From an uncultured Bacteroidales bacterium (lineage in GTDB: Bacteria > Bacteroidota > Bacteroidia > Bacteroidales > UBA12077), in assembly GCA_964504155.1 (NCBI GenBank), contig CAZDCZ010000003.1:194-64193 (forward strand): a stretch of DNA of 64,000 nucleotides, given 5' to 3'. Positions 28,528-38,752 of this stretch are shown here, in pieces. A program made the translations under genes and the position numbers. The notes under the pieces were generated by a model. The model searched no databases, had not been told where the DNA came from, and saw only the letters and a program-made list of their open reading frames with translations. Each line of letters starts with the position of its first letter. The first letter of the stretch is position 1.

Positions 28528-31005
28528 TTACATTGGATCAACATCGATATTTATCTGAAGACTTTTAAAATTATCGAAAGTTGATATTTTATCTATTTGT
28601 TGCTGTAGTAGTTCTTTTGCTTTTTTTACCGATTTTTCCTTTTCTATCTTAATCATTATTTTTTTAAGATAGTATGTCTGTACTCGTCCAACATACGGAC
28701 TTTCCGGACCAAGAACCCTGTTACCAAAAACCCTACGTAAATTATCGGCTAATTTTTTTGCAGCATCATTAACAACATCTTGTTTCTTATGTTTTAACAT
28801 CAGGTTAATTATCCTATAATATGGTGGATAATGGAAATTCTTTCGTTCAACAAGCTGTTCGTTATACATCTCTTCGTATTTGTTATCTAAAACAAATTGC
28901 AAAATACTATGCTCAGGGTTCGATGTTTGAATAATAACTTTCCCTTGTCGATATTTTCTTCCTGCCCTACCACTAACCTGTGCCATAAGCTGATAACTTC
29001 GTTCAAAAGCTCTAAAATCGGGAAAATTTAACATATTATCGGCATTTAATATTCCAACAGTACTAACATTATCGAAATCTAATCCTTTAGATATCATTTG
29101 GGTACCGATAAGAATATTTGTTTTACCTGTCTCGAAGGCTTCGATAATCTTCTCGTAAGCATTTTTTGTCCTTGTAGAATCAAAATCCATACGTGCCACC
29201 CTTGCCTCCGGGAAAAATTCTTTTACTTCGTTTTCTATTTTCTCGGTTCCAAAACCTTTATACGACAAGGAGATATTTCCACAAGCACTACACTTATGAG
29301 TATTCGATTCGGAATACCCGCAATAATGACAAACTAAAGTGCCTTCGTATTTATGATATGTTAAACTAACATCGCAATTTTTACATTTCGGAATCCACCC
29401 ACACGAATCGCATTCGAGAAAAGGAGAAAAGCCCCTACGATTTTGGAACAATATAACTTGTTCGCCACCATCTAAAGCATTTTGAATATTCTCGAGCAAT
29501 AAAGGAGTAAAAATCGATTTCATTTGTTTCTTCTTTCGCGCTTTGTGAGTATCGGCAAGAAATATTTCAGGTAACTTAATATCTTTATATCGTTTTTTCA
29601 ATTCTACAAAACCATACTTATCGGTTCTGGCATTAAAAAAACTCTCAACCGATGGCGTAGCCGTTCCCAACAGAACTTTTGCATTATGCAAATTAGCTAA
29701 AACAATAGCACTATCGCGTGCATTGTAACGCGGAGCAGGATCGTATTGTTTATATGTATTTTCATGTTCCTCATCGACAATAATTAAACCTAAATTATCG
29801 AAAGGCAAAAATAATGACGAACGAACACCAAGAATAATATCGTATTTATCGTTACCATCTATTCCAAGCAAATTGTTATATATCTCTACTCTTTCGGAAT
29901 TACTGAATTTAGAATGATATACTCCAACCCTATTACCAAACACCGAACGCAAACGACTAATTATCTGTGTTGTAAGAGCTATTTCGGGCAACAAAAATAA
30001 TACTTGTTTACCTTGTTTTATCTGCTCTATCATAAGATGAATATATATCTCGGTTTTACCACTTGAAGTTACTCCGTGTAATAATACCGTGTTTCTTCTC
30101 TTAAACTGTTCTTTTATTTCGGAGAATGCTTTTTCTTGATCAGAAGAAAGAGCTTTTGCAATATTAATTTTACTAGCATTGGTTTTAATTCTACTAATAA
30201 TATTAGCATATTCAACAAGAATATCTTTCTCTAATAACGATTTTAACGATTGACGAGATGCACCTGAAACATTAAGCAAATCTGACTTTTTAATTTCAAT
30301 ACTTTCCTTTTTAATATAATGACCCGACAATTTTATATAATTCATTAAAATTCCTAATTGCTTAGGAGCATTTTTTAAACTATCGAAAACATTGTTTAGT
30401 TGCTTTTCTCCCTGTACATCTTCGTGTAAGGATATATAAGTCTCGGTTTTGGGTTTATAACTCTCTTTTATATTCTCTTCGAGAAAAACTGCCTTTTTAT
30501 CGATTAATTGCTTAATAAGGGGCATTACATTCTTACGCTCAACAACATCTGAAATTTCTTTAATTTTAAGCATTTTACTATTATCAAGAAATTCAACAAC
30601 AAGAGTTTCTTCGGAAGATAAAGATGTAAAATCTTCGAAATTTGGATTAAAAATAACTTTTGTTTCGCTTTCCATTTTTAAACCCGAAGGCAAAGCGGCC
30701 TTATAAACTTCGCCAATAGAACACATGTAATAATTAGAAACCCATTCCCAAAAAGAAAACTGATAATTGTTAATTACAGAATAATCGTCGAGAAAAGTAA
30801 GAATCTCTTTAGTCTTATATTTTTCGGGTTTATTTGTATGTATTCGATAAATAATTGCAGTATAAATTTTGCGGTTCCCAAACTGAACAATAACTCTTTT
30901 TCCTTTTTTTGCAAATTCTTTATCGCTTTCTGCAATGCTATATGTAAACAATTGTCGTAAAGGCAAAGAAAGTATTACATCGGCAAATAAAGTATTACTA
31001 TTCAT
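28528..31005 (-). CDS. priA: Primosomal replication restart helicase PriA
   Basis: 825 aa. It has Walker A GVTSSGKT, a DEEH box (VDEEHE) and a Cys-rich zinc-binding insert (CDSCGWIPKCKNCDVSLTYHKYEGTLVCHYCG...CSACG). Confidence 0.95.
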   Translation of the reverse strand: MNSNTLFADVILSLPLRQLFTYSIAESDKEFAKKGKRVIVQFGNRKIYTAIIYRIHTNKPEKYKTKEILTFLDDYSVINNYQFSFWEWVSNYYMCSIGEVYKAALPSGLKMESETKVIFNPNFEDFTSLSSEETLVVEFLDNSKMLKIKEISDVVERKNVMPLIKQLIDKKAVFLEENIKESYKPKTETYISLHEDVQGEKQLNNVFDSLKNAPKQLGILMNYIKLSGHYIKKESIEIKKSDLLNVSGASRQSLKSLLEKDILVEYANIISRIKTNASKINIAKALSSDQEKAFSEIKEQFKRRNTVLLHGVTSSGKTEIYIHLMIEQIKQGKQVLFLLPEIALTTQIISRLRSVFGNRVGVYHSKFSNSERVEIYNNLLGIDGNDKYDIILGVRSSLFLPFDNLGLIIVDEEHENTYKQYDPAPRYNARDSAIVLANLHNAKVLLGTATPSVESFFNARTDKYGFVELKKRYKDIKLPEIFLADTHKARKKKQMKSIFTPLLLENIQNALDGGEQVILFQNRRGFSPFLECDSCGWIPKCKNCDVSLTYHKYEGTLVCHYCGYSESNTHKCSACGNISLSYKGFGTEKIENEVKEFFPEARVARMDFDSTRTKNAYEKIIEAFETGKTNILIGTQMISKGLDFDNVSTVGILNADNMLNFPDFRAFERSYQLMAQVSGRAGRKYRQGKVIIQTSNPEHSILQFVLDNKYEEMYNEQLVERKNFHYPPYYRIINLMLKHKKQDVVNDAAKKLADNLRRVFGNRVLGPESPYVGRVQTYYLKKIMIKIEKEKSVKKAKELLQQQIDKISTFDNFKSLQINIDVDPM

Positions 31006-31033
31006 ATTATTAATCGAAATTTCTATTATATAC

Positions 31034-31909
31034 TCAGCTAAAAAAACTAATTTTTTCAGCTACTTCTTCCATTAACCAAAACGGTGTAGATGTAGCACCA
31101 CAAACGCCAACAGATTCTCTGTTTTTAAACCATTCTTTGTTTAATTCGTTCTTATTAGACACAAAATAAGTACTTTCATTTTCGCTTTTACAAATATTAT
31201 ATAGCATTTTCCCATTCGAGCTTTTTACTCCACTAACAAAAACAATAATGTCGTATTTTTTTACAAAGTCGCGTAATTGCTTTTGTCTATTCGACACTGC
31301 ACCACAGATAGTATTTTTTACAGTAAAATCAATATCATTATCACCTTTATTAAGCTTCATTCGATTTTCTATTTCTCGTCGTATTTCTTCGAATCCTTCC
31401 AGGCTTTTTGTTGTTTGAGAAAATAATACAATAGGTTTCGAAAAATCTATTTTATCAAGATCCTCAGTGTCAGAAACAATAATTGCGTCTCCATCGACCT
31501 GACCAACTAAACCGTTAACTTCGGCATGCCCCTTTTTACCGTAAATTATAATTTGTCCTTCTCTGCTATAAATCTCTTGATGATATTTTCTTACACTATT
31601 TTGTAATTTTAATACAACAGGGCAAGAAGCATCAATAAGCTCAATATTATTTTCTTCAGCAATTTTATACGTCTCGGGTGGTTCGCCATGAGCACGAATT
31701 AACACTTTTGTATTTTTTAAATTTTTAAACTTCTCGTGATTTATAGTAATTAAACCTTTCTCTTCCAATCGACTCATTTCTTCATTGTTATGAACAATAT
31801 CGCCTAAACAATATAGATTATCAGTTTTTTCAAGTCCTTTTTCTGCCAAATCTATTGCATTAACAACACCAAAACAAAAACCCGATTTTTCATCAATTTC
31901 AACAATCAT
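31034..31909 (-). CDS. ispH: 4-hydroxy-3-methylbut-2-enyl diphosphate reductase
   Basis: 291 aa. The N-terminus SGFCFGVVNAI, ASCPVV and the late GATSTP region are typical of IspH/LytB. It is one of only two genes here ending in TGA. Confidence 0.92.
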   Translation of the reverse strand: MIVEIDEKSGFCFGVVNAIDLAEKGLEKTDNLYCLGDIVHNNEEMSRLEEKGLITINHEKFKNLKNTKVLIRAHGEPPETYKIAEENNIELIDASCPVVLKLQNSVRKYHQEIYSREGQIIIYGKKGHAEVNGLVGQVDGDAIIVSDTEDLDKIDFSKPIVLFSQTTKSLEGFEEIRREIENRMKLNKGDNDIDFTVKNTICGAVSNRQKQLRDFVKKYDIIVFVSGVKSSNGKMLYNICKSENESTYFVSNKNELNKEWFKNRESVGVCGATSTPFWLMEEVAEKISFFS

Positions 31910-31930
31910 AACAATTTTTTGATATCTAAA

Positions 31931-32623
31931 TTACTCTAAATACTTATTTATAATGTTCATTATCCATTCGAACTGTTCTTCTCTGCTTAAATTACTATTA
32001 TCTAACTCTATTGAATCGCTAGCTTTTCGTAATGGACTTTCGGTTCTGTTTTCGTCGAGATAATCTCTTTCTCTTACATTCTTGCTAATATCGTCGTAAC
32101 TAACATCCTCGCCTTTCTCAATCAACTCATTATATCGTCGCTTGGCTCTCGACTCTACATCGGCTGTCATAAATATTTTTATATTGGCATTCGGAAAAAC
32201 CACTGTTCCAATATCTCTGCCATCCATAACAATCTCGCTATCGCTTCCCATTTCTTGTTGCAATTTAACCATTCTTGCACGCACAAATGCATATTTACTG
32301 ATTAAACTAACCGTATTCGAAACTTCCATCTTTCGTATTTCATCTTCAACATTCTCGTTATTCAAAAATATATCCTGATGCTTTCGAGCTTCATTGTATT
32401 TAAAATTGATATGAATATTATCTAATATATTTTTCAACTTTACTTCATCAACAATATTATTCTCTACTACCCCATTTCTGATTGCAAACAAAGTTACAGC
32501 TCTATACATAGCTCCACTATCTATATATCTATAACCTAGCGATTTTGCTATTTCTTTTGCTAAAGTACTCTTCCCCGACGACGAATATCCGTCTATTGCA
32601 ATAATTATTTTTTTCTTACTCAT
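31931..32623 (-). CDS. cmk: (d)CMP kinase
   Basis: 230 aa. It has the P-loop IAIDGYSSSGKST, YIDSGAMYRA and VMDGRDIGTVVFP. Confidence 0.95.
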   Translation of the reverse strand: MSKKKIIIAIDGYSSSGKSTLAKEIAKSLGYRYIDSGAMYRAVTLFAIRNGVVENNIVDEVKLKNILDNIHINFKYNEARKHQDIFLNNENVEDEIRKMEVSNTVSLISKYAFVRARMVKLQQEMGSDSEIVMDGRDIGTVVFPNANIKIFMTADVESRAKRRYNELIEKGEDVSYDDISKNVRERDYLDENRTESPLRKASDSIELDNSNLSREEQFEWIMNIINKYLE

Positions 32624-32667
32624 TTATCTATTTTGTATTGAAATAAAATCAAACAACAAATTTACAT

Positions 32668-32710
32668 TTAATAATTTTTACTGAAAATTGAAAAGGAATA
32701 TTTATTATAA
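32668..32710. repeat. 43-bp direct repeat, copy L (partner at 34049-34091)
   Basis: The repeat is ttaataatttttactGaaaattgaaaaggAatatttattaTaa. It is 40/43 identical to the copy at 34049-34091. Together they flank the DUF4143 ATPase gene. Confidence 0.9.
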
Positions 32711-32856
32711 GAATATTCAACTTAACAGCCAGAATCAGCTAGCATGCATCTATAAAACCCAGCATGCACAAATTAGAATCATTTCAAAAGTTTTTGATAT
32801 AAATAAGAATTTAAAGAATATAGTAAACTTTATAAATTTCTATTAGATATGATGAT

Positions 32857-34041
32857 CTATTTAATCCAATTCTCAAAATTATTTCTGTTTATAATTTCAA
32901 ATGATGAATCAGGGTAAGCCTTTTTCCATTGACTTGGTATTTTTACTTTCGTTTCTTTCCATTTAAATTCATATCCGAATAAGCTTCCATCACGTTCTTC
33001 AACCCAATCAATTTCTTGTTGTTCATAAGTTCTCCAAAAATAATTATTAGATGAAATTCGATTATATTCTTGATATTTTATTCTTTCACTAATCATATAA
33101 TTTTCCCATAATTGTCCAATGTCATTTCGTGCTTCTATAGAATTAAAATTTGCTATAACGGCATTTCTTATTCCATTATCTAGGAAATACCATCTTGAGT
33201 TTTTTGTTATTTCTTTTCTAAGATTCCTACTAAAGCCCTCTACTTTATGAAGTATATAAATTTTACTCAACAAATCTAAATACTTTTCAACTGTATTTTT
33301 GCTAATCGATAATTGTTTACCCAATTCTTGCAAGGACACTTCTCCTCCAATCTGAAAAGCAATTAAACGTAAAAGGTTGAATATTTTTTGCGAATTTTTT
33401 ATATTTTCATAAACAAGAATGTCTTTTAATAAATATGAGCTTATCATTTCATTTAAATAGTCAATTTTATCATCTCTATTTGGTAAATGGAGTAATTCGG
33501 GATAATTACCAAAAATAAGTCTTTCTCTTACTTTATCAATTTTAGAAACAGTATTTTCAACTTGATTATATTCCCTTTCTGATAATGCAAATAAGTTAAA
33601 CGAATATTTTCTTCCTGTTAATGGTTCGCCGGCTTCTTTATATATATCAAATGATGATGAACCTGAAATAATAATTTTTAATCCCTTTATTTCATCAATC
33701 ATAAGTTTCAATTTTAATCCAATTTCAGGTATTTTTTGTGCTTCATCAATATATAATAGTTTATATGTCCCTATTAGCTGTTTATAATTCTCTACAGTTC
33801 TTACTGCAAGCTTATCATGTACATTAATATCTTCCCCATTCAAAGCAATAAAAGGCTCATTCAATATTTTTAAGATTTGCTTTACAAGAACTGTTTTCCC
33901 AACCCTTCTTGCTCCAAAAACTATTACAACTTTATTTGCTTTAATCTTATTTAATACAATTTCCGACAAGTCTCTGACTAAATATCTCATAATAGCGTCA
34001 TTGTTTTGACGCAATTTAGCATTATTGTATTTCAATTCCAA
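32857..34041 (-). CDS. AAA-family ATPase with DUF4143 C-terminal domain
   Basis: 394 aa. It has Walker A GARRVGKT, Walker B LLYIDEAQ and a C-terminal WYFLDNGIRN...FWRTYEQQEIDWV pattern typical of AAA_14/DUF4143 proteins. The real start may be the internal ATG at 33990 (MRYLVRD). Confidence 0.8.
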   Translation of the reverse strand: MELKYNNAKLRQNNDAIMRYLVRDLSEIVLNKIKANKVVIVFGARRVGKTVLVKQILKILNEPFIALNGEDINVHDKLAVRTVENYKQLIGTYKLLYIDEAQKIPEIGLKLKLMIDEIKGLKIIISGSSSFDIYKEAGEPLTGRKYSFNLFALSEREYNQVENTVSKIDKVRERLIFGNYPELLHLPNRDDKIDYLNEMISSYLLKDILVYENIKNSQKIFNLLRLIAFQIGGEVSLQELGKQLSISKNTVEKYLDLLSKIYILHKVEGFSRNLRKEITKNSRWYFLDNGIRNAVIANFNSIEARNDIGQLWENYMISERIKYQEYNRISSNNYFWRTYEQQEIDWVEERDGSLFGYEFKWKETKVKIPSQWKKAYPDSSFEIINRNNFENWIK

Positions 34042-34048
34042 ACTTCCA

Positions 34049-34091
34049 TTAATAATTTTTACTAAAAATTGAAAAGGGATATTTATTACAA
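34049..34091. repeat. 43-bp direct repeat, copy R
   Basis: See 32668-32710. It lies 8 nt upstream of the ATPase ORF start and 5 nt after the PorQ-like stop codon. Confidence 0.9.
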
Positions 34092-34095
34092 AAAA

Positions 34096-35151
34096 TTATC
34101 TTTTATAAAACCTTCCTAAATTTGTTGATATTGAAAAATAATCTGTTGCTCCGGCAAGATGATAAGAAGAGCGTCCGTAACTTAAATAAAAGTCGGATAT
34201 TTTAATCCCAAAACCAAAAGAAAAACCTACAGTTGATGTTTTCGATTCTATAAGCATTTCTTTTCGTCGTCGGTAATTATATCCGGCTCGAATATATAAA
34301 TTTTCGACAGGTGTAAACTCTATTCCCAAAATTACATGTCGCATAAGCATATCTGAATATTTATCGATATTCGATTGCTTTGTTTGCTCTTCCATAAAAG
34401 GATCTAGTTCCGATTCTTTGTCGTTTGGATTTTCGTATGTAAGATCCGGAGTTTCAAGATGATCGAGAACAACAGAAAAGCGAAAAGGTGCATGTAGCAA
34501 TTTTTTCGATATTCCCATCTGAACATTAAATGGCAACGCTTCTCTTGTTGATGCATATGTTTTAAACTGCATCCCAAAATTTTTAATTACTAATGCAGCC
34601 GTAAAATTTTTCATTTTATTAATATATAATAAACCACCATCGGCAGCAAATCCAAATGATGTATACCTTTCTAAATTCGACAAAATTGGCTTCGCATTCA
34701 CTCCAAAAAATAAAACACTATCGATAATCGACCGGGAATATACTATATTAAAAGCATATTCAGCTGCATGAAAATTTCCGGTAACTTGACCTTTTTCGTT
34801 TGCAGCAATAAATTTACCATAATTAATATACTGCAAACCTCCGGCAAACATTCCCTTACTGTTAATTTTACGAGCATACGATATATAACCATAATTAATA
34901 TCGGTAAAATAATTAACATAATTAATTGCCATACTGTTATTCATCGACTCATTCAATAAGGCAGGATTATTATATATCAAACTTATATCGTTATCGTTAA
35001 TGGCATTTACAGAACTTCCTAAAGCTGCAACTCTAGCACTAGTAGTTAGTTCTAAAAAATTATATGTTGATGTACCACCAATTTGAGCAAAGATATTTAA
35101 GCCCATAAACTGCAGCAATGTTATTAATATATATCTGGCGAATATTTTCAT
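34096..35151 (-). CDS. PorV/PorQ-family T9SS outer-membrane beta-barrel protein (PorQ-like)
   Basis: 351 aa. The signal peptide ends IFA|QIGG. The N-terminal motif is YNFLELTTSARVAALGSSVNAINDNDISLIYNNPALL, and the beta-barrel C-terminus reads GRFYKR. Confidence 0.7.
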   Translation of the reverse strand: MKIFARYILITLLQFMGLNIFAQIGGTSTYNFLELTTSARVAALGSSVNAINDNDISLIYNNPALLNESMNNSMAINYVNYFTDINYGYISYARKINSKGMFAGGLQYINYGKFIAANEKGQVTGNFHAAEYAFNIVYSRSIIDSVLFFGVNAKPILSNLERYTSFGFAADGGLLYINKMKNFTAALVIKNFGMQFKTYASTREALPFNVQMGISKKLLHAPFRFSVVLDHLETPDLTYENPNDKESELDPFMEEQTKQSNIDKYSDMLMRHVILGIEFTPVENLYIRAGYNYRRRKEMLIESKTSTVGFSFGFGIKISDFYLSYGRSSYHLAGATDYFSISTNLGRFYKR

Positions 35152-35299
35152 TTCTTATTTTTATAATTTACTAAAATACAACCATATTTTATAATCTATC
35201 GATTTTTACTATAATTTCTAAAACAAATTTTAAATCATAAATACTTAACGAATAGATATAAATATTAGTATTAAAACATAATTATTAGCTTCTATATTT

Positions 35300-35307
35300 T
35301 ATCTTTG
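35300..35307 (+). promoter_or_regulatory. Candidate -7 box (TATCTTTG) for the lipid kinase gene
   Basis: TAnnTTTG match in the divergent intergenic region, 140 nt upstream of the ATG at 35448. Confidence 0.3.
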
Positions 35308-35447
35308 CAATTTGAAATACATCTTTACAAAAAAAATCATTTAAGAAGATAAAAAAGTCAATGACTGAAATAAATACTGAAACACGCATGAGTATAATTA
35401 AAATATGTGTGAAATAATTTCTAAGCATAGACAAGATATTCAAACAG

Positions 35448-36392
35448 ATGAAAGATAAAGAATACATAATAATTATAAATCCTATTTCGGGAAGAAAAAA
35501 CAACAGTAATATTTCTAAAATAATACATACTTATTTTAGTTCTATAAATATTCCACATAAAATAATATATACTAAATTCAAAGACGAAGCCCCAAGTATA
35601 GTAAAAGAATATCTCGACAAAGGACATACTACATTTATTGCTGTTGGAGGAGACGGAACGGTAAACGAAATTGCCAAAACTCTTGTAAACACAAAAGCAA
35701 GATTAGGAATTATTCCGAAAGGTTCGGGAAATGGGCTAGCTCGACATTTAGGAATTCCATTAAGACTTAATGCTGCTTTAGATAATATTAAAAAATCACA
35801 TACCGAATCTATCGATTATGGAACTTTGAACGAAAATTGTTTTTTCTGTACTTCGGGTATTGGTTTCGATGCTCATATAGGAAATGTATTCTCAAAAGCA
35901 TCGAAACGAGGTCCCTTTACTTATTTTAAAGCTACAATAAAAGAATGTTTCAAATATAAAGCACAAGATTACAAATTATCTTTCGACGGAAAAACTATCT
36001 CGAAAAAAGCATTTCTTATAACTTTTGCCAATGCATCGCAATATGGGAATAATGCTGTAATTGCACCTAAAGCAAAAATTAACGATGGAGTATTAGATGT
36101 TGTAATTATTAAACCATTTGATTTATTATATGCCCCAATTATTGGTTTACAATTATTTAGTCACACTATTGACAAAAGTAAATTTATTGAAACTTTTACT
36201 TGCAAAGAAATAAGTATTGAACGAGAAAAACCTGATGTTATTCACTTCGATGGCGAACCTCTACAAGAAGACAAGATACTTAACATAAAAATTACCCATA
36301 ATGCCCTTAATGTTATTACTCCTATTAAAAAAACACGCTATACATCAACAAATTTAAACAATAACCAAAAATTATACTGCCTTAAGACTTAG
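35448..36392 (+). CDS. Diacylglycerol/lipid kinase family protein (YegS/DagK-like)
   Basis: 314 aa. It has IIINPISG and the AVGGDGTVNE catalytic motif. Confidence 0.85.
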   Translation: MKDKEYIIIINPISGRKNNSNISKIIHTYFSSINIPHKIIYTKFKDEAPSIVKEYLDKGHTTFIAVGGDGTVNEIAKTLVNTKARLGIIPKGSGNGLARHLGIPLRLNAALDNIKKSHTESIDYGTLNENCFFCTSGIGFDAHIGNVFSKASKRGPFTYFKATIKECFKYKAQDYKLSFDGKTISKKAFLITFANASQYGNNAVIAPKAKINDGVLDVVIIKPFDLLYAPIIGLQLFSHTIDKSKFIETFTCKEISIEREKPDVIHFDGEPLQEDKILNIKITHNALNVITPIKKTRYTSTNLNNNQKLYCLKT

Positions 36393-36440
36393 ATTTTAAC
36401 ATCTAATTCTATTTTTATTTTGCTTATATAAAATTAACTC

Positions 36441-36491
36441 AAAAGAAGCTGTACAAAAAAGTGAAGTTTTAATTTTTGTACAGCTTCTTTT
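36441..36491. terminator. Bidirectional terminator hairpin between convergent genes
   Basis: A perfect 19-bp stem (aaaagaagctgtacaaaaa / tttttgtacagcttctttt) with a 13-nt loop. A and T runs on both sides allow function in either direction. It abuts the stop codon of the minus-strand gene at 36492. Confidence 0.8.
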
Positions 36492-38039
36492 TTATATCTT
36501 CTTTTTTATTTTTATCTTTTGTCCGGGCTTAATTTTTTTTGCATTAGGGAGTTTATTCAATCGCAAAATATCATAATCGCTAACACCCGGATATTTTTTT
36601 GCTATTTCCCAAACAGTATCTCCGCTTTTTACTTTGTAATAAACATAATCGGAATTACTACTATTAGTTTCAACAGATACTGTAGAACTAAGAACAGACT
36701 TGCCTATACTTCTTTGTTTCTTTTCAAACGACATTGAATTTATCTTCCTGTAATAACTTGCCTTGCTTTTAGGAACATAAACAACTAATTTTTGTCCACT
36801 ACGTATTCTACTTCCGCGAATACGATTCCAATATTTTAAATCGGATAAACCAACATTAAACCATTCTGAGATAAATCCTAAATTATCGCCAGGTTTAATA
36901 GTATAATAAACTTTTGCTTTCCCAGAAGGGGGTTGATATACATAATGCGATTTCTTAGGACTCTTAATAGTATTATCTTTATTAAAATATATAGACTTTT
37001 TATAGGCAAAAATAGAATCTTGCAATTCGATAAAATTACCTGAATACGCCAGAGGCAAGATTAATACTTGTCTCGAAGCTTTAGCAGGAATTATATTTAA
37101 TTTATATTGAGGATTTAAATCGCTCAATTGTTTTAACGGAATATTTAAAACTTCCGACACTTGTTTTAAATGTAAATTATCATTAATTATAATTGTATCG
37201 GTAGCCAAAGTTATCTTAGGTCTTTGATAATGTAAATTATGCTCTTTATAATAACTCATAGCATAAGAAGCTGCAATATATGCAGGCACATATCCCCTAG
37301 TTTCTCTAGGTAAGTAATAATAAATATCCCAAAAATTACGATTCCCTCCGGCTCTTCTTATAGCTTTACTAACATTTCGTGGCCCACAATTATATGCAGC
37401 AATAGCTAAAGTCCAGTCATCAAATATATCGTACAAATCGCTTAAAAATCGTGCTGCAGCATCGGTCGATTTTATAGGATCTCGACGTTCATCAACATAC
37501 GAGTTAATTGTAAGATTATACATACGTGCTGTACCATACATAAATTGCCATAAACCTGTAGCTCCTACACGAGAGACAGCTCTTGGGTTAAGTGCCGATT
37601 CTATCACAGCCATATATTTTAATTCGGTAGGCAAACCATATTTCTCGAAAGTCTTTTCAAATATCGGAAAGTAATAATCAGACATACCAAGCATATATTG
37701 CACATTAGCACGTCGTTTTTTTACATATACATAAATATAGTTTTTTACTATTTTATTATAGGTAAGATCTATTACCGATGGAATTTTACTTAATCGTTCA
37801 ATATATACAGAATCCGGAACATCACAAATTTCCGGATCAACAACTATCGAATCGGGATATTGTGATTTTATGGCATTTTTTATATACCATAAATCAATAA
37901 GACTATCTAAATTATCAACATAATTATTTTCTAAAACAGCACAATCTAAGCTATCTTTCTCGTTAAATGAACCATATGCAGTATCTATCGATAATAGATA
38001 TAATAATACAATTACAAATAAGGTATATTTTATTTTCAT
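36492..38039 (-). CDS. Membrane-bound lytic murein transglycosylase D-like (SLT domain plus LysM repeats)
   Basis: 515 aa with a signal peptide. The SLT catalytic region is AVIESALNPRAVSRVGATGLWQFM. There are three LysM-like repeats, including YTIKPGDNLGFISEWF and YKVKSGDTVWEIAKKY. Confidence 0.85.
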   Translation of the reverse strand: MKIKYTLFVIVLLYLLSIDTAYGSFNEKDSLDCAVLENNYVDNLDSLIDLWYIKNAIKSQYPDSIVVDPEICDVPDSVYIERLSKIPSVIDLTYNKIVKNYIYVYVKKRRANVQYMLGMSDYYFPIFEKTFEKYGLPTELKYMAVIESALNPRAVSRVGATGLWQFMYGTARMYNLTINSYVDERRDPIKSTDAAARFLSDLYDIFDDWTLAIAAYNCGPRNVSKAIRRAGGNRNFWDIYYYLPRETRGYVPAYIAASYAMSYYKEHNLHYQRPKITLATDTIIINDNLHLKQVSEVLNIPLKQLSDLNPQYKLNIIPAKASRQVLILPLAYSGNFIELQDSIFAYKKSIYFNKDNTIKSPKKSHYVYQPPSGKAKVYYTIKPGDNLGFISEWFNVGLSDLKYWNRIRGSRIRSGQKLVVYVPKSKASYYRKINSMSFEKKQRSIGKSVLSSTVSVETNSSNSDYVYYKVKSGDTVWEIAKKYPGVSDYDILRLNKLPNAKKIKPGQKIKIKKKI

Positions 38040-38156
38040 TTTATAATCAATTTTAATGTAACAAATAACAAATTAAACACTGCTTTTTAAACAGCATTAT
38101 TAACAACGATTATTAAAATTTGATTTGTTAGTGCAAATATGAAGCGAATATAAGAA

Positions 38157-38732
38157 TTAGAATTTAAAACTACACCTAATTCCTATTGCATTTTGATTAG
38201 AATAATTATTTATCATAGATGGTTCGAGGCGAAAAGACAAATCATCGGAAACATTATAGTCAAATAAATGAGCATCAACTGTAGCATCGATAACATTAAG
38301 AATATAAATAGCAGATAGCCCTATTATATTATAATCGCGATTACGTCTATAGTTATCCTTAATACTCTTTACTATTTTGGATGAATAATACACTTCGTAA
38401 TGATCTATAATTCCGTTCTCCATATCGTAATAAGCATTTTTATACTTATTATATTCGGCATTATTATGATTAAAATAATAAATAAATGTGCCGGCAGCTC
38501 CATAAATTATAGGTATTTTCCAATACTTTTTATTGTAAGCTTGCCCTAAGCCCGGAATAACAGCAGAATACATAGTAGCTTTATGTGGAGAATGCTTTTT
38601 TAACAGTTTATTTACATTCTCTACATCAAAAGCTTTTTCTTTTTTTGTTTCTTGAGCATTTAAAACTATTACAGAAACAAAAAAGATAACTATAACAAAA
38701 AAAAATCTTTTTAGAAAAAAATTATACAGCAA
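38157..38732 (-). CDS. DUF5683 domain-containing protein
   Basis: 191 aa. The signal peptide ends LNA|QE. The AVIPGLGQAYNKKYWKIPIIYG motif and the position immediately downstream of parB are typical for Bacteroidetes DUF5683. The start codon is uncertain (TTG). Confidence 0.7.
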   Translation of the reverse strand: MLYNFFLKRFFFVIVIFFVSVIVLNAQETKKEKAFDVENVNKLLKKHSPHKATMYSAVIPGLGQAYNKKYWKIPIIYGAAGTFIYYFNHNNAEYNKYKNAYYDMENGIIDHYEVYYSSKIVKSIKDNYRRNRDYNIIGLSAIYILNVIDATVDAHLFDYNVSDDLSFRLEPSMINNYSNQNAIGIRCSFKF

Positions 38733-38752
38733 GATTATTACTTTTAAGAATA

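Noticed and set aside
32857-34041. DUF4143 AAA ATPase as a stand-alone defence gene
   Set aside because: There is no partner nuclease, effector or methylase gene, and this family is widespread with unknown function. Only the repeat-bounded insertion is reported as a finding, not a defence role.
35285-35627. Two small minus-strand ORFs (72 and 68 aa) in and around the PorQ-like / lipid-kinase intergenic region
   Set aside because: They are hydrophobic and low-complexity translations of AT-rich DNA. One overlaps the well-supported lipid kinase start, and neither has a signal or motif. They are treated as noise.
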